A stretch of 64,000 nt of DNA from the NCBI GenBank assembly GCA_964437495.1, contig CAYTGV010000007.1, forward strand, positions 17,563-81,562, read 5' to 3'. Shown piece by piece: positions 40,917 through 52,169 of the stretch (the first letter of the stretch is position 1; every line of letters starts with the position of its first letter). The position numbers were made by a program, and so were the translations under genes. The stretch is from an uncultured Planctomycetia bacterium. GTDB lineage: Bacteria; Omnitrophota; Gorgyraeia; B26-G9. Under the pieces are notes generated by a model. The model made no database searches. It was not told the DNA's origin and was given only the letters and a program-made list of their open reading frames with translations.

Positions 40917-43900
40917 CTACTTGCTTTTGCTTTTTCTTTTTATTTTTATGTCTTCTTTTTGCTCATGCATACCTTCTGTGCGGATATCCAAAGCTAAAGA
41001 CTGAAGTTCCTTTACTAAAACATTGAAAGACTCAGGAGTGCTTGGCTTCAAAGCGTTTTCGCCTTTTACAATAGATTCATAAATCCTGGTTCTTCCAATA
41101 ACATCATCACTTTTTACAGTCAGTAATTCCTGTAATGTGCTGGCTGCCCCATAAGCTTCCAGGGCCCATACTTCCATTTCTCCAAAACGCTGGCCTCCGA
41201 ACTGAGCCTTGCCGCCCAAAGGCTGCTGTGTAACCAAAGAATACGGACCAATTGAACGAGCATGAATTTTATCATCAACAAGATGCGCAAGCTTTATTAT
41301 ATATATAAAACCCACACAAATCTTTGATCCAAAATCTGCACCAGTATAACCATCTCTAACAATAACCTTCCCGTCTTCCGGAAGACCTGCAGTATTAAGC
41401 TCTTTACGAATTTCCGATTCCGCAGCTCCATCAAAAACTGGACTGGCGATTTTAAAGCCCAACACTTTTGCCGCCCATCCAAGATGAGTTTCCAAAAGCT
41501 GCCCCACATTCATACGCGATGGTACGCCCAATGGATTAAGTACGATTTCCACAGGAGTTCCATCCGGCAAAAACGGCATATCTTCCTCGGGAAGAATGCG
41601 GGCAATAACACCCTTGTTACCATGGCGTCCAGCCATTTTATCTCCTACTGAAAGACGCTTCTTGCTGGCCACAAGTACTACTACTTTTTTCAATACTCCC
41701 GGAGGAAGTTCATCTCCGCGCTTTACCTTATCAAGCTCTCTTTCTTCCTCTTCAACAAACTCTTTGATCTGAGCGTCTAGAAGTCTTATTGTCTTTTTAA
41801 TTGACTCGCCAGCCTGCTCATCACCTGAAATCTTAATGCTGTCTAAATCAACACGGTCAACCTTCTTTATGTCTTGTTTTTTTACAACCTTGTTTACTCC
41901 AATAAGTATCGTTCCTGTCTCTTCATCAAGTAAACTAGCTGCCAGCTTTCTCTTAAGCAGCAAATTGTATAATTTCTGATTGCGCTCTTTCTTGAGCTTT
42001 TTGATTTGCTCGCCATAGTACTTGCGAATTTTTTCTGTCATGCGCAATTCATCACTGATCTGCTCTTTAGACTTGCTCTTTAGGCCTTTTCTTGAAAAAA
42101 CACGCACATCAGTTACAACTCCTTCAATCCCCGGGGGAACTGTCAGCGATGTATCTTTCACATCTTGTGCTTTTTCACCAAAAATTGCCCTAAGCAGTTT
42201 TTCTTCCGGAGACAATTCAGTTTCGCTCTTAGGCGTAACTTTTCCTACCAGAATATCGCCAGGTCCAACTTCAGCTCCGATACGAACAATCCCGTCTTCT
42301 CCTAAATCTTTTAAGGACTCCTCGCCAATATTTGGTATATCTCTTGTTACCTCTTCATTACCCAGACGAGTATCGCGCGCTTCACACTCAAACTCTTCTA
42401 TATGCACAGAGGTATAAAGATCTTCCTTTACTACTCTTTCGCTGATTAAAATCGCATCTTCGAAATTATAGCCGCGCCAAGGCATAAAAGCAACCAGCAC
42501 ATTACGTCCAAGAGCCAGCTCGCCTTTATCAGTCGCCGCCCCGTCAGCAATTATTTCATCCTTCTTTATTTTCTGACCGGTCTTAACCAAAGGCCGCTGG
42601 TTAACGCAGGTAGATGCATTGGAACGTGAGAATTTTTTTAATGTATAGGTTTCATTTTCTATCACTATTTTCGTAGCATCAACATATTTAACTGTTCCGG
42701 AATGCCTTGCGATAATAACCGACCCAGAATCTTTAGCAACTTTCTGTTCCATACCTGTACCTACAAGCGGTGATTCAGGCTCAAGCAGTGGTACTGCCTG
42801 ACGTTGCATATTACTTCCCATCAAAGCACGATTTGCATCATCATGCTCTAAAAATGGGATGAGACTTGCGGCAACACTAACAAGCTGACGCGGAGAAACA
42901 TCCATATAATCAACTTCACTTCTTTCAACCTTTGGAAAATCTCCTTTATGTCGGCAGGAGATCAAATCGTTTATAAAACGACCCTTATCGTCAATGGGAG
43001 CATTGGCCTGAGCAATAACATATTGATCTTCAACATCCGCACTCAAGTAATCCAATTTCTCTGTTACCTTGCCCTTTACAACCTTGCGATAAGGAGTCTC
43101 AATAAAACCAAACTCATTAATACGCGAAAAAGTTGTCAGCGACGCTATTAATCCGATATTCGGACCTTCCGGAGTTTCTATCGGGCAAATGCGTCCATAA
43201 TGCGAATAATGGACATCTCTTACTTCAAAGCCTGCTCTTTCACGGCTTAATCCTCCCGGCCCTAAAGCACTAAGTCTTCTTTTGTGGGTCAACTCTGAAA
43301 GCGGATTTGTCTGATCCATAAATTGTGACAACTGAGAACGTCCAAAGAAATCCTTCACAACAGAAGAGATCAGCTTTGAATTAATCAAATTATGAGGCAT
43401 AACTGTTTCCATCTCATAGATACCCATGCGTTCACGCACAGATCGCTCCATTCGGGCTAGCCCGATCCGGAACTGATTCTGGACAAGCTCACCGACAGTA
43501 CGCACACGCCTATTACCCAGATGATCAATATCGTCTAATTTTCCTTCGCCTCTTTTCAGTTTAATTAAATATTTTATTGTTTTGATCAAGGTTTCAGTAT
43601 CAAGCGTGCGATTATCCAGGCTTTTCTTCATGCCCAGTTTTCTATTTAGAACAAACCGTCCTACCCGACCAAGATCATAACGTTTTTCATCAAATATCAG
43701 ACGCTCAATCAAAATCTGCGCTGATTCTATGGTTACCGGATCACCGGGGCGAAGACGACGGAAAATCTCAAACAATGCCTCTTCTCTATTTGTCGTTCTG
43801 TCTTTTTCCAGGCTGTTAATAATCTCCGGACCATCAACAACAAAAGCATTTATTTTCTTTACCCCCATATCCAGAAGCTGATCAACCCCATGCTTGGTCA

Positions 43901-44651
43901 ATCTTGAACCCGCAGAAAACAATGTTGTAGTATTGTCTTTAGGATTCAGAATATCCTGAGCAAAAATTACATTTTCAAGCTCAGCTTCATTTTTGAGCGA
44001 TAATTTCACTTCCTCTACAGGATAGAAAAGTTTTAAAATATCGGCATTTGAAGAAAATCCTACTGCACGCAAAAAAGTTGTCGCATAAAATTTCCTTCTG
44101 CGATCAATATAAACGTAGAGAACATTATTGATATCAAACTCAAACTCCACCCATGCCCCTCTATAAGGAATCAACCGTGCCGAATGAAGTTTTTTGCCTG
44201 AAAGATGGACATTCTCTTCAAAGCATATGCCCGGAGATCGATGCAACTGGCTAACAACAACCCGCTCATCACCATTTATTACAAAAGTGCCGACATCGGT
44301 CATTAAAGGAAGCTCTCCCATATATACTTCTTGTTCCTTTGTCTCTCTGCCTGTACGCAGACGCAATTTGACCTTTAAAGGAGCAGCATAACTCATGCCC
44401 CTCCTCTGACACTCCCACACATCATATTTTGATCTATCAAGATTATAATACAAAAATTCAAGTTTACATGTCTTGTCAAAATTTTCCATTGGAAAAACTT
44501 CATTAAAAACAGCATGCAGGCCTTTATTTTCACGTTTTGTTTTCGGCACATCTAGCTGCAAAAAATCATGATACGAGTCTCTCTGCACCTGAAGTAAATG
44601 CGGCACTTCGAAAACTTCTTTTAATTTTGCATAATTTTTTCTGTCCATCAT
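40917..44651 (-). CDS. rpoB: DNA-directed RNA polymerase beta subunit.
   Basis: Conserved beta-subunit segments (for example [12 protein letters not shown]). 1244 aa. Confidence 0.97.
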   Translation of the reverse strand: MMDRKNYAKLKEVFEVPHLLQVQRDSYHDFLQLDVPKTKRENKGLHAVFNEVFPMENFDKTCKLEFLYYNLDRSKYDVWECQRRGMSYAAPLKVKLRLRTGRETKEQEVYMGELPLMTDVGTFVINGDERVVVSQLHRSPGICFEENVHLSGKKLHSARLIPYRGAWVEFEFDINNVLYVYIDRRRKFYATTFLRAVGFSSNADILKLFYPVEEVKLSLKNEAELENVIFAQDILNPKDNTTTLFSAGSRLTKHGVDQLLDMGVKKINAFVVDGPEIINSLEKDRTTNREEALFEIFRRLRPGDPVTIESAQILIERLIFDEKRYDLGRVGRFVLNRKLGMKKSLDNRTLDTETLIKTIKYLIKLKRGEGKLDDIDHLGNRRVRTVGELVQNQFRIGLARMERSVRERMGIYEMETVMPHNLINSKLISSVVKDFFGRSQLSQFMDQTNPLSELTHKRRLSALGPGGLSRERAGFEVRDVHYSHYGRICPIETPEGPNIGLIASLTTFSRINEFGFIETPYRKVVKGKVTEKLDYLSADVEDQYVIAQANAPIDDKGRFINDLISCRHKGDFPKVERSEVDYMDVSPRQLVSVAASLIPFLEHDDANRALMGSNMQRQAVPLLEPESPLVGTGMEQKVAKDSGSVIIARHSGTVKYVDATKIVIENETYTLKKFSRSNASTCVNQRPLVKTGQKIKKDEIIADGAATDKGELALGRNVLVAFMPWRGYNFEDAILISERVVKEDLYTSVHIEEFECEARDTRLGNEEVTRDIPNIGEESLKDLGEDGIVRIGAEVGPGDILVGKVTPKSETELSPEEKLLRAIFGEKAQDVKDTSLTVPPGIEGVVTDVRVFSRKGLKSKSKEQISDELRMTEKIRKYYGEQIKKLKKERNQKLYNLLLKRKLAASLLDEETGTILIGVNKVVKKQDIKKVDRVDLDSIKISGDEQAGESIKKTIRLLDAQIKEFVEEEERELDKVKRGDELPPGVLKKVVVLVASKKRLSVGDKMAGRHGNKGVIARILPEEDMPFLPDGTPVEIVLNPLGVPSRMNVGQLLETHLGWAAKVLGFKIASPVFDGAAESEIRKELNTAGLPEDGKVIVRDGYTGADFGSKICVGFIYIIKLAHLVDDKIHARSIGPYSLVTQQPLGGKAQFGGQRFGEMEVWALEAYGAASTLQELLTVKSDDVIGRTRIYESIVKGENALKPSTPESFNVLVKELQSLALDIRTEGMHEQKEDIKIKRKSKSK

Positions 44652-44696
44652 ACGCGGTCACCTTAATGTATAATTACCGATTTAGTTAGCTTTTAA

Positions 44697-45131
44697 TTAC
44701 TTTATTTCTACTGTTGCGCCCTGCTCTTCAAGTTTCTTCTTAATTTCCGCTGCTTCCTCTTTACTAACATTTTCTTTAACCGGCTTAGGGGCAGAATCAA
44801 CCAAATCTTTAGCTTCTTTTAGACCAAGACTTGTAATCGAGCGAATTTCCTTGATAACCTGGATCTTCTTATCTCCAATAGCTGAGAGAACAACCGTAAA
44901 GCTTGTCTTTTCTTCAGCTTCCGGAGCGGCTGCACCCGGAGCGACTGCCATTGCTGCCATAGGCATTGAAGCAGAAACCCCGAATTTATCTTCCAGCACT
45001 TTAACCAGATTGGACAATTCAAGAACACTCATCTCTTCAATATTCTTTACGATCTCCTGTGATTTAGGGGAAAGTTTGATATCTTCTTTTTTCTCTTCTT
45101 CCTGTTTTTCTTCTTTTACCTGCTCAGACAT
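44697..45131 (-). CDS. rplL: Ribosomal protein L7/L12 with an unusual ~20-aa acidic N-terminal extension.
   Basis: ...[21 protein letters not shown]...[38 protein letters not shown]. Confidence 0.9.
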   Translation of the reverse strand: MSEQVKEEKQEEEKKEDIKLSPKSQEIVKNIEEMSVLELSNLVKVLEDKFGVSASMPMAAMAVAPGAAAPEAEEKTSFTVVLSAIGDKKIQVIKEIRSITSLGLKEAKDLVDSAPKPVKENVSKEEAAEIKKKLEEQGATVEIK

Positions 45132-45145
45132 TATGCCCTCCTTTA

Positions 45146-45670
45146 TTATTGTTCCTTTTCTTTATTTTCGCTTATTTGCTTAATTACATTGACCAGGCCG
45201 CGAATCGACCCGGACAACACATTGACAAATCCTGTGATCGGTGACTTCATAGCCATTAAAACTGTTGCCAGAAGCACTTCCTTACTCGGTAATGCGGCAA
45301 GCTCTTTCGCGCGAGCGCCATCGATCAGCTCTCCTTCAACCATACCGCCGCGTACTCTAAAACTTTTGTGATCCTTGGAGAAATCAAACAAAGTTTTAGC
45401 CGCCCCTACAGGGTCATCCTCATATACAGCAATCCCAGTTGTTCCCTCTACAAATTTTACCGCCCCCTCTAAAGAAACCTCTGCAAGAACCTTCTTGAGA
45501 AGAGTATTTTTAGTAACAATAAGTCTAGTAGATTTTTTTTCCAGTTTTCTTCTAAGAGAATCAATATCAACTACTTTAAGTTTGTCGAAATTTGCGACCA
45601 TCAACCCAGAAGCATTTTTCAAACATTCAGTTACTTCTTTAACTATATATTCCTTTTCTACGTGAGCCAT
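45146..45670 (-). CDS. rplJ: Ribosomal protein L10.
   Basis: The operon position and sequence features fit L10. Confidence 0.9.
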   Translation of the reverse strand: MAHVEKEYIVKEVTECLKNASGLMVANFDKLKVVDIDSLRRKLEKKSTRLIVTKNTLLKKVLAEVSLEGAVKFVEGTTGIAVYEDDPVGAAKTLFDFSKDHKSFRVRGGMVEGELIDGARAKELAALPSKEVLLATVLMAMKSPITGFVNVLSGSIRGLVNVIKQISENKEKEQ

Positions 45671-45679
45671 AATACCCTC

Positions 45680-46378
45680 TTATGCTATTTTAAATTCAGA
45701 AGAATCCAATTTTAGTCCCGGCCCCATTGTTGAGGAGACGTAAATGCTTTTAATATAATGCCCTTTTGCAGTTTGTGGTTTTGCGCGATTAATTGCGTCA
45801 ATAACTGCTTTAGCGTTTTCTACAAGAGCCTTTTCCTCAAAAGAAAGTTTGCCCACAGAAACCTGAATCCCGGCCAGCTTATTCATTTTAAACTCAACCT
45901 TACCGGCCTTAGCTTCCTTAACCGCCCGGCCCACATCCTGAGTAACCGTCCCTGCTCTTGGCGATGGCATTAGCCCACGAGGACCCAAAATCTTACCTAA
46001 TTTTGCCAGGTCTCTCATCATATCCGGCGTTGAAATTGCCACATCAAAGTCCAGCCACCCAGACTTTACTTTATCAATCAAATCCTGCGCGCCGACATGA
46101 TCCGCCTGTGCTTCTTTTGCCGCAGTTGACTCTTCTCCTTTACAGAAAACCGCAACCCTTACCTTTTTACCTAGCCCATGAGGCAATATAACACTGCCTC
46201 TAACCATCTGGTCTGATTGCTTGGCATCAACACCTAAATACAATGCTAAGTCAACTGATTCATCAAATTTTACCTTGTGAGCTTTTTTTAGCACAAACAC
46301 TATTTCTTCTAATGTATATGCCTTATCTTTTTCAAATAATTTTTTAAACTCTTTTACTCTTTTATTGTCTTTTTTCAT
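45680..46378 (-). CDS. rplA: Ribosomal protein L1.
   Basis: ...HGLGKKVRVAVFCKGE... L1 fold. Confidence 0.95.
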   Translation of the reverse strand: MKKDNKRVKEFKKLFEKDKAYTLEEIVFVLKKAHKVKFDESVDLALYLGVDAKQSDQMVRGSVILPHGLGKKVRVAVFCKGEESTAAKEAQADHVGAQDLIDKVKSGWLDFDVAISTPDMMRDLAKLGKILGPRGLMPSPRAGTVTQDVGRAVKEAKAGKVEFKMNKLAGIQVSVGKLSFEEKALVENAKAVIDAINRAKPQTAKGHYIKSIYVSSTMGPGLKLDSSEFKIA

Positions 46379-46384
46379 GGAAAA

Positions 46385-46810
46385 CTATTCCTTTATTTCA
46401 ATTCCCATACTTCTTGCTGTACCTTCTACAATACGCATTGCCTGCTCAACCTTTGCAGTATTTAAATCATCCATTTTAAGTTTTGCTATCTCTTCAACCT
46501 GAGACTTTGTCACGCTACCTACTTTTTCCTTATTCGGAACCCCTGAACCCTTGGCCAGATTTGCCGATCTCTTCAACAAAACTGAACACGGTGGCCGCTT
46601 TAAAATAAAAGTAAACGACCTGTCTTCAAACACAGTAAGAACCACCGGAATAACCAATCCATCTTTATCCTTTGTTGCCTCGTTGAACTTTTTACAAAAG
46701 TCCATAATGTTAACACCCTGCTGCCCTAAAGCCGGCCCAACTGGTGGTGCTGGATTAGCTGCTCCTGCAGGGATCTGCAATTTAATCTTTGCTTTAATTG
46801 CTTTTGCCAT
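46385..46810 (-). CDS. rplK: Ribosomal protein L11.
   Basis: [40 protein letters not shown]. Confidence 0.95.
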   Translation of the reverse strand: MAKAIKAKIKLQIPAGAANPAPPVGPALGQQGVNIMDFCKKFNEATKDKDGLVIPVVLTVFEDRSFTFILKRPPCSVLLKRSANLAKGSGVPNKEKVGSVTKSQVEEIAKLKMDDLNTAKVEQAMRIVEGTARSMGIEIKE

Positions 46811-46812
46811 GA

Positions 46813-47343
46813 TTACATTTTCTCCACTTGCCAGTATTCCAGTTCAACAGGGGTTGATCGGCCGAATATAGACACCATTGCCTTGACCTTACCCTTACTG
46901 GGATATATTTCCTCTATTTCACCATTAAAATTGGTAAACGGACCTTCTATTATCTTGATCGATTCTCCGATTTTGAAAATAACCTTCGGCATCGGCTTTT
47001 CTTTACTTTCCTCTGCCTGCTTTAATATGCTGGCAACCTCTTCTTCTGCCAAAGGCTGCGGTTTAGCTCCGGGGCCTATGAACCCGGTAACTCCCGGCGT
47101 GTTTCTGATCAAATACCAGCTCTCATCAGTCAATTCCATCTCAATAAGAACATATCCTGGAAAAAACTTTCTTTCCATAATCTTTTTCTTACCGCTACGA
47201 ACTTCGCTGACCTTTTCCGTGGGAATAAGGACCTGCGTGATTACTTCCTGGGCATTTGCAGATTTTATTCTGTTTTCAAGATGGGTTTTAATCCTATCTT
47301 CATGCCCTGTTTGAGTGTGAACAACATACCAGCGTTTTTCCAT
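46813..47343 (-). CDS. nusG: Transcription termination/antitermination factor NusG.
   Basis: NGN domain ([11 protein letters not shown]) and KOW domain ([21 protein letters not shown]). Confidence 0.9.
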   Translation of the reverse strand: MEKRWYVVHTQTGHEDRIKTHLENRIKSANAQEVITQVLIPTEKVSEVRSGKKKIMERKFFPGYVLIEMELTDESWYLIRNTPGVTGFIGPGAKPQPLAEEEVASILKQAEESKEKPMPKVIFKIGESIKIIEGPFTNFNGEIEEIYPSKGKVKAMVSIFGRSTPVELEYWQVEKM

Positions 47344-47346
47344 AGC

Positions 47347-47529
47347 TTATTTTAAAATTAATCCTATCATAAAAGTATACAGCAGATCGATCACAGCAAT
47401 CACTGCTGCTAAGAGCCCTACAGACACAAGCACAACCATGGCTGAATTAAATAGCTCATCGCGCGCTGGCCAAGAGACTTTGATCATTTCTAATTTAACA
47501 TTTGTGACGAATTGCTTTATTTTATTCAT
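47347..47529 (-). CDS. secE: Preprotein translocase SecE.
   Basis: 60-aa single-TM protein immediately upstream of nusG and downstream of tRNA-Trp. Confidence 0.8.
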   Translation of the reverse strand: MNKIKQFVTNVKLEMIKVSWPARDELFNSAMVVLVSVGLLAAVIAVIDLLYTFMIGLILK

Positions 47530-47583
47530 TGCCTAATCTTGTTTTACACGTTTAGTTCTATCCTATTTTGCCTTTGCAAAAAC

Positions 47584-47657
47584 TGGCAGGAGCGGAAGGA
47601 GTCGAACCCTCAGTAACGGTTTTGGAGACCGTTGGTTTGCCATTAACCGACGCTCCT
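47584..47657 (-). tRNA. tRNA-Trp (CCA anticodon), with an encoded 3' CCA.
   Basis: The minus-strand sequence AGGAGCGTCGGTTAATGGCAAACCAACGGTCTCCAAAACCGTTACTGAGGGTTCGACTCCTTCCGCTCCTGCCA folds as a cloverleaf. The anticodon loop is CUCCAAA. Confidence 0.85.
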
Positions 47658-47710
47658 CCTGATGAATCTCTTACTTTCAATCTTTCTAATTCCATCAAAC
47701 CCTAATAATG

Positions 47711-47753
47711 CAAAAAAACAAAAACTCTTCCATTGCTCTTTAGCAATTGAAAG
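47711..47753 (-). terminator. Rho-independent terminator between rpmG and tRNA-Trp.
   Basis: On the minus strand, the AUUGCU-aaag-AGCAAU extended stem is followed by UUUUUGUUUUUUU. Confidence 0.5.
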
Positions 47754-47762
47754 AATTATTTA

Positions 47763-47912
47763 TTACTTAGTTTCTCTGTGAAGAGTATGTTTACGACAGC
47801 TTCTGCAAAACTTTTTCAACTCCAGCTTTTCGGAGTGTTGTTTCTTGTTTTTAGTAGACCGATAGTTTCGGCTCTTACATTCTTTACACGCCAGGGTAAT
47901 CAATTCTCTCAT
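47763..47912 (-). CDS. rpmG: Ribosomal protein L33 (49 aa), absent from the ORF track.
   Basis: Hand translation gives [49 protein letters not shown], which matches the B. subtilis RpmG pattern ITLACTEC..RNY..KKNKR..ERLELKKYCPR...TLHRETK. Confidence 0.9.
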   Translation of the reverse strand: MRELITLACKECKSRNYRSTKNKKQHSEKLELKKFCRSCRKHTLHRETK

Positions 47913-47925
47913 GACTTAATGCCTA

Positions 47926-49141
47926 CCTATTCAATAATTTCCGATATAACGCCTGCTCCGACCGTACGCCCGCCTTCACGGATAGCAAACCGCAATTCTT
48001 TTTCCATGGCGATCGGCACGATAAGATCTACATCCATAGCCACATTGTCTCCAGGCATAACCATCTCTACTCCCTGCGGCAATGTTACCACTCCGGTTAC
48101 ATCTGTTGTTCTGAAATAAAACTGCGGACGATATCCCTTAAAAAATGGGGTATGTCTTCCGCCTTCTTCCTTACTTAATATATATACCTGAGCCTTAAAC
48201 TTGGTATGCGGCTTGATCGATCCCGGCTTTGCTGCAACCTGGCCTCTTTCAATATCTTTCTTATCTATACCGCGCATCAAAAGACCTACATTATCTCCGG
48301 CCAGTCCTTCATCAAGCAGCTTGCGAAACATTTCTACTCCGGTTACTACTGTCTTCTTTGTGTCCTTCATCCCCACTATCTCGATCTCTTCTCCTACCTT
48401 AACCTTACCGCGCTCGATTCTTCCTGTTCCTACTGTACCGCGGCCGGTAATCGAAAATACATCTTCTACTGCCATCAAGAAAGGCTTGTCTATTTCTCTC
48501 TTTGGCGCAGGAATGAAATCATCTACTGCCTGCATAAGATCCAAAATAGACTTTATATTAGGTCCTTCCATATTCCCTGCCTCTACTTCTTCTAAGGCCT
48601 TAACTGCCGATCCTTTAAGTATCGGTGTCTTGTCTCCAGGAAACTCATACTTGTTCAATAAATCACGAATCTCAAGCTCTACAAGCTCAATCAGCTCAGG
48701 ATCATCTACCATATCTGTCTTATTCATATATACTACCAGCGCAGGTACGTTTACCTGTCTTGCCAACAGTATATGCTCGCGTGTCTGAGGCATTGGACCA
48801 TCTGGGGCTGATACTACCAGAATCGCTCCGTCCATCTGCGCTGCTCCGGTGATCATGTTCTTAATATAGTCAGCATGTCCAGGACAATCTACATGTGCAT
48901 AATGACGCGTCTCTGTCTCATACTCAGCATGGTGTACATTGATCGTTACTCCTCTTTCTTTTTCTTCCGGAGCATTGTCAATCTCATCATACCTCTTTGC
49001 TGTTGCTAATCCCTTTTTGGCTAGAATATGCGTAATCGCTGCTGTTAATGTTGTCTTACCATGATCAACATGTCCAATTGTTCCTATATTGACATGTGTT
49101 TTATTCCTCTCAAATTTCTCTTTAGCCACTATGCACCTCCT
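47926..49141. repeat. tuf repeat copy B, which appears identical to 32604-33819.
   Basis: See copy A. Confidence 0.85.
47927..49129 (-). CDS. tuf: Elongation factor Tu, second copy, in the tRNA-Thr/tuf/rpmG/secE/nusG context.
   Basis: The protein is 100% identical to the tuf at 32605-33807. Confidence 0.97.
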   Translation of the reverse strand: MAKEKFERNKTHVNIGTIGHVDHGKTTLTAAITHILAKKGLATAKRYDEIDNAPEEKERGVTINVHHAEYETETRHYAHVDCPGHADYIKNMITGAAQMDGAILVVSAPDGPMPQTREHILLARQVNVPALVVYMNKTDMVDDPELIELVELEIRDLLNKYEFPGDKTPILKGSAVKALEEVEAGNMEGPNIKSILDLMQAVDDFIPAPKREIDKPFLMAVEDVFSITGRGTVGTGRIERGKVKVGEEIEIVGMKDTKKTVVTGVEMFRKLLDEGLAGDNVGLLMRGIDKKDIERGQVAAKPGSIKPHTKFKAQVYILSKEEGGRHTPFFKGYRPQFYFRTTDVTGVVTLPQGVEMVMPGDNVAMDVDLIVPIAMEKELRFAIREGGRTVGAGVISEIIE

Positions 49142-49151
49142 ACGTTGATTA

Positions 49152-49224
49152 AGCTGCTGACGGGAATCGAACCCATGACCTCATCCTTACCAAGGATGTG
49201 CTCTGCCAACTGAGCTACAGCAGC
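49152..49224 (-). tRNA. tRNA-Thr (GGT anticodon).
   Basis: Minus-strand sequence GCTGCTGTAGCTCAGTTGGCAGAGCACATCCTTGGTAAGGATGAGGTCATGGGTTCGATTCCCGTCAGCAGCT. The anticodon loop is UUGGUAA. Confidence 0.85.
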
Positions 49225-49275
49225 GCTTTTTAGGCGCCAACCCTATTTATAAAAAATACAAAGAATTTATGTACG

Positions 49276-49303
49276 TAAAGTTTAAAATATACCATAAAAA
49301 AAA
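49276..49303 (-). promoter_or_regulatory. Sigma70-type promoter (TTGACA, 16-nt spacer, TATATT) about 45 nt upstream of tRNA-Thr.
   Basis: On the minus strand the sequence is TTGACAataattttttttatggTATATT. Confidence 0.4.
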
Positions 49304-49385
49304 TTATTGTCAAGTATTTTTTTTATTTTTAAACCAAGAACGGGGATGTTTCCAGAAGTTTAAATGTTTGTTTAATGCTGAGTCT

Positions 49386-49754
49386 TTACTGCCCCAGTTT
49401 TTTCTGAATCGTTTCCAGTAATTGTTCCTTGTCTACTGGTTTTACCAGATAGTCCTTCATTCCTTCAATTGCGAAGAGTTCCTTCATCCCTTCCTGTGAG
49501 GAAGATATAATTATCGGTATGTTTTTTACCTGTTCATCGTAGAGGATCTGTTTAGCAATCGTAAAACCGTCAACACCAGGCATGATTATATCAAGCACAA
49601 CCAAATCCGGCATGACTTTCTTTACGTTCTCAAGAACCTTGGAGCCATCACTTACATGAAAGACCTTATATCCCTTTATTTCTAAGAACTCCTTTATCTC
49701 AGAGGATGCTCTTAGATCATCATCTACGATAAGAATTTTCTTGTCTGCGTCCAA
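49386..49754 (-). CDS. Single-domain response regulator (CheY-like receiver).
   Basis: KILIVDDD...VVLDIIMPGVDGF...YLVKP receiver signature. Confidence 0.8.
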   Translation of the reverse strand: MDADKKILIVDDDLRASSEIKEFLEIKGYKVFHVSDGSKVLENVKKVMPDLVVLDIIMPGVDGFTIAKQILYDEQVKNIPIIISSSQEGMKELFAIEGMKDYLVKPVDKEQLLETIQKKLGQ

Positions 49755-49863
49755 TTTCGCTCCTTTTATATAAGTGCTTTAGAGAGTGTTATCTTAATAA
49801 AATTTTCTTTTTGAGTCAATTTTTTTCTTTTATAAACAACCGCGCTATTTTAATAGAAAACTT

Positions 49864-50292
49864 TTACCAAAAAAATACCTTTTCATTTACCTGAATATTG
49901 TTTTGCTTCATCCAGCCAGCGTTTACTTCAAGGGCATACTTAATCGCTTTAGATGGCCTGTGACGCAGCCGGGTATCAAGCGGGATCATCTGCTGGATAT
50001 CAACTATTTCATGCCTACTGTCAATAAACGCTAAGTCTAGGGGGATATACGTGTCTTTCATCCAAAAAGAATGAAATCCTTCTTTTTTAAAGATAAAAAG
50101 CATGCCCTGGTTTTTCTTAAGAGCAGCTCTTTTTTGCAGGCCTCTTTGTCTCTGAGCCTGTGTTTTTGCGACTTCCACAAGTATCAACCTTGACCGCACA
50201 GACAAAATCCGCCAAGGAGTTGCCTTCCACAACAAGCCAAAAACAAAAACACATATAAAGACAGCTAAAATGATCTTATTTTTCTTTAACAT
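49864..50292 (-). CDS. DUF192 (COG1430) protein with an N-terminal TM/signal segment.
   Basis: ...QRQRGLQKRAALKKNQGMLFIFKKEG...FWMKDTYIPLDLAFID... matches the DUF192 pattern. Confidence 0.65.
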   Translation of the reverse strand: MLKKNKIILAVFICVFVFGLLWKATPWRILSVRSRLILVEVAKTQAQRQRGLQKRAALKKNQGMLFIFKKEGFHSFWMKDTYIPLDLAFIDSRHEIVDIQQMIPLDTRLRHRPSKAIKYALEVNAGWMKQNNIQVNEKVFFW

Positions 50293-50311
50293 CTTTTTTG
50301 AGCGTCTGTTA

Positions 50312-50764
50312 TCATTGCGCCTTTAATGCGCTTTTCATTTTCTCTAAAAAATTCTCTGGATGCAAATACCCTGGGATAATCTCGATTTTTTTTGCCTTGG
50401 ATGTAAGAAACGCCGTAGTGGGCAAGCCTCTAACCATATAATTTTCAGCCACATCAGGCTGCTCTTGCGTATCTATTTTTACACAAATAAATTGCTCGGC
50501 CAGTTCAGCAACCTGCATATTCTCATATATATCCTTATCCATGCGCTTACACCACACGCACCAATCCGCATTAAAATCGATAATTATAGGCTTTCCCTGT
50601 GCCAAAGCCGAATCCTTTGCAGCCGGCAGGTCAGTAATCCAATCAATGCTACCCTTTGGTCCATTATCAACTGCCTGACTGCAACCCATTATCAATAATA
50701 ATCCTATTAAAAATGCTATTTTTTTCACATGCCCCTGCTTTCTATAAAATTCTACTATAAACAA
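50312..50764 (-). CDS. Thioredoxin-fold lipoprotein (CxxC thiol-disulfide oxidoreductase-like).
   Basis: Lipobox LLIMGCS. WCVWCKRMDKD CxxC motif in a thioredoxin-like context. Confidence 0.7.
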   Translation of the reverse strand: MFIVEFYRKQGHVKKIAFLIGLLLIMGCSQAVDNGPKGSIDWITDLPAAKDSALAQGKPIIIDFNADWCVWCKRMDKDIYENMQVAELAEQFICVKIDTQEQPDVAENYMVRGLPTTAFLTSKAKKIEIIPGYLHPENFLEKMKSALKAQ

Positions 50765-51061
50765 ATATCCAATAAACCAAAAAATAAGTTAATTCAATAA
50801 AGAAACAATAAATTTTTTTATGCTGGATCTTCGCAATAACATAAGTGCTGAGAAGTAAAAACCCGGCAAGAAAGGTAACAGAGGAAACTATAGATTTTAA
50901 AAGTATATTAATCATTGTCCTATTTTAACCCATAGTCAAAACAGTGTCAAGAATTGCCCAATACTATTGGCAACCAGTATATTGCTGCTTTTAATAAGCT
51001 GCGCCAGGGCTACAATTATTTTAGCAATTATTATATTTAAACCATGTCTGCAAAAGTATAT

Positions 51062-51090
51062 AAGGGGTTTTGAAAAAATCAAAACCCCTT
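51062..51090. terminator. Strong bidirectional hairpin (AAGGGGTTTTG-aaaaaat-CAAAACCCCTT), 36 nt after the SPFH-1 stop.
   Basis: An 11-bp perfect stem. On the minus strand it is followed by a U-rich tract. Confidence 0.5.
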
Positions 51091-51125
51091 ATATATCAAC
51101 ACCTTACTAACTTAAGCTATCCTTT

Positions 51126-52169
51126 TTACTGCGATGCCTTTTGCACCCCGTACGTTCTTAGCAAATCATTGACATTGGTTGTCTTTAAATCCATACCGCT
51201 TGTTTCGGAAAAAGGCAACAAATAAATAGGCTTGCCCATAAGCGCCTCAGCCAGCTTCAGCTTGACCATGGTGATCCCGCCTGAATTATTCAATGCCTCT
51301 ACTGTTTTTTCTATACCCTTTGCCTCAGCAATACCTTCAATTTCAATAGCCTTAGCAATGCGACTCTCCTGCTCAAAATATGCATCTGCCTTGATTTTGT
51401 CTTTTTTAAATTCACCATCAGCCGCAGCAACCATCTGGTTTACTTCTCCCTGTGACTGTTGAAGCTTTTGCTTATACTCTTCATATGTTGCATTTGCCTC
51501 GGACTTAAAACGCTCTGCCATCTGATCTGCTACCTTTTTATCCTCTATGGCTCTTTGATAAGCCGGATTAAAACGATAATCTTTAGACAGTACACTTTCT
51601 ACAATTACTCCGTACGAATTAAGCGTCTCATTAAGCAGAGCGATAGCCTTGTCCGCCTTTTCTGTTCGCTTGGTAGCAACATAGAAATCTTCGGTTTTTA
51701 ATTCCCCATAAAGGTCACGCGTAATATTACGTGATATGGGACGAACAACCTTTTCCTCAAGTTCCAGATTGTTCTTAGCTACATATTCTAAAATATAAGG
51801 CGCCTTTTCCGGGATAATACGATAGGCAATAATAACATCAAGGCTGATATCATTTCCGTCTATAGTTTTAAACAGCACGTCATCCGGACCTGTATGCGCG
51901 CCCTGGCCTTGCTTGATCGTCATCTCCATATTCCTAAGCTTTGTATCAAAGACATCCCAATCATTAATAACCGGGGGAAAGAAAAATGTCGTACCTGGTG
52001 AATAAATTTCCTGCATCACGCCTTTTTTTACAAACGGCGACCATTTAATTGTCCTGACTCCAACCTCTGTTGACTGGGTTGAATGAGGCATGCATCCACT
52101 GAGGCTTACCGCCATACATACTAAAAGGAGGCAAAAAGTTGTTTTCATAATTGTCCTTTTGTTTTTCAT
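51126..52169 (-). CDS. SPFH/band-7 domain lipoprotein (HflC/stomatin-like).
   Basis: Lipobox VSLSGCM. SPFH core with a coiled-coil region (AERFKSEANATYEEYKQKLQQ). Confidence 0.8.
   Translation of the reverse strand: MKNKRTIMKTTFCLLLVCMAVSLSGCMPHSTQSTEVGVRTIKWSPFVKKGVMQEIYSPGTTFFFPPVINDWDVFDTKLRNMEMTIKQGQGAHTGPDDVLFKTIDGNDISLDVIIAYRIIPEKAPYILEYVAKNNLELEEKVVRPISRNITRDLYGELKTEDFYVATKRTEKADKAIALLNETLNSYGVIVESVLSKDYRFNPAYQRAIEDKKVADQMAERFKSEANATYEEYKQKLQQSQGEVNQMVAAADGEFKKDKIKADAYFEQESRIAKAIEIEGIAEAKGIEKTVEALNNSGGITMVKLKLAEALMGKPIYLLPFSETSGMDLKTTNVNDLLRTYGVQKASQ

Noticed and set aside
36876-44651. Numerous plus- and minus-strand ORFs of 60-170 aa inside rpoC and rpoB (for example 42022-42417, 40237-40512)
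   Set aside because: They are antisense or out-of-frame to long, strongly conserved genes and have low-complexity translations. They are phantom ORFs.
50765-50916. Possible small hydrophobic ORF (MINILLKSIVSSVTFLAGFLLL...) downstream of SPFH-1
   Set aside because: It runs into the thioredoxin-lipoprotein gene start in another frame and has no convincing RBS. It is probably not coding, but a small membrane peptide cannot be excluded.
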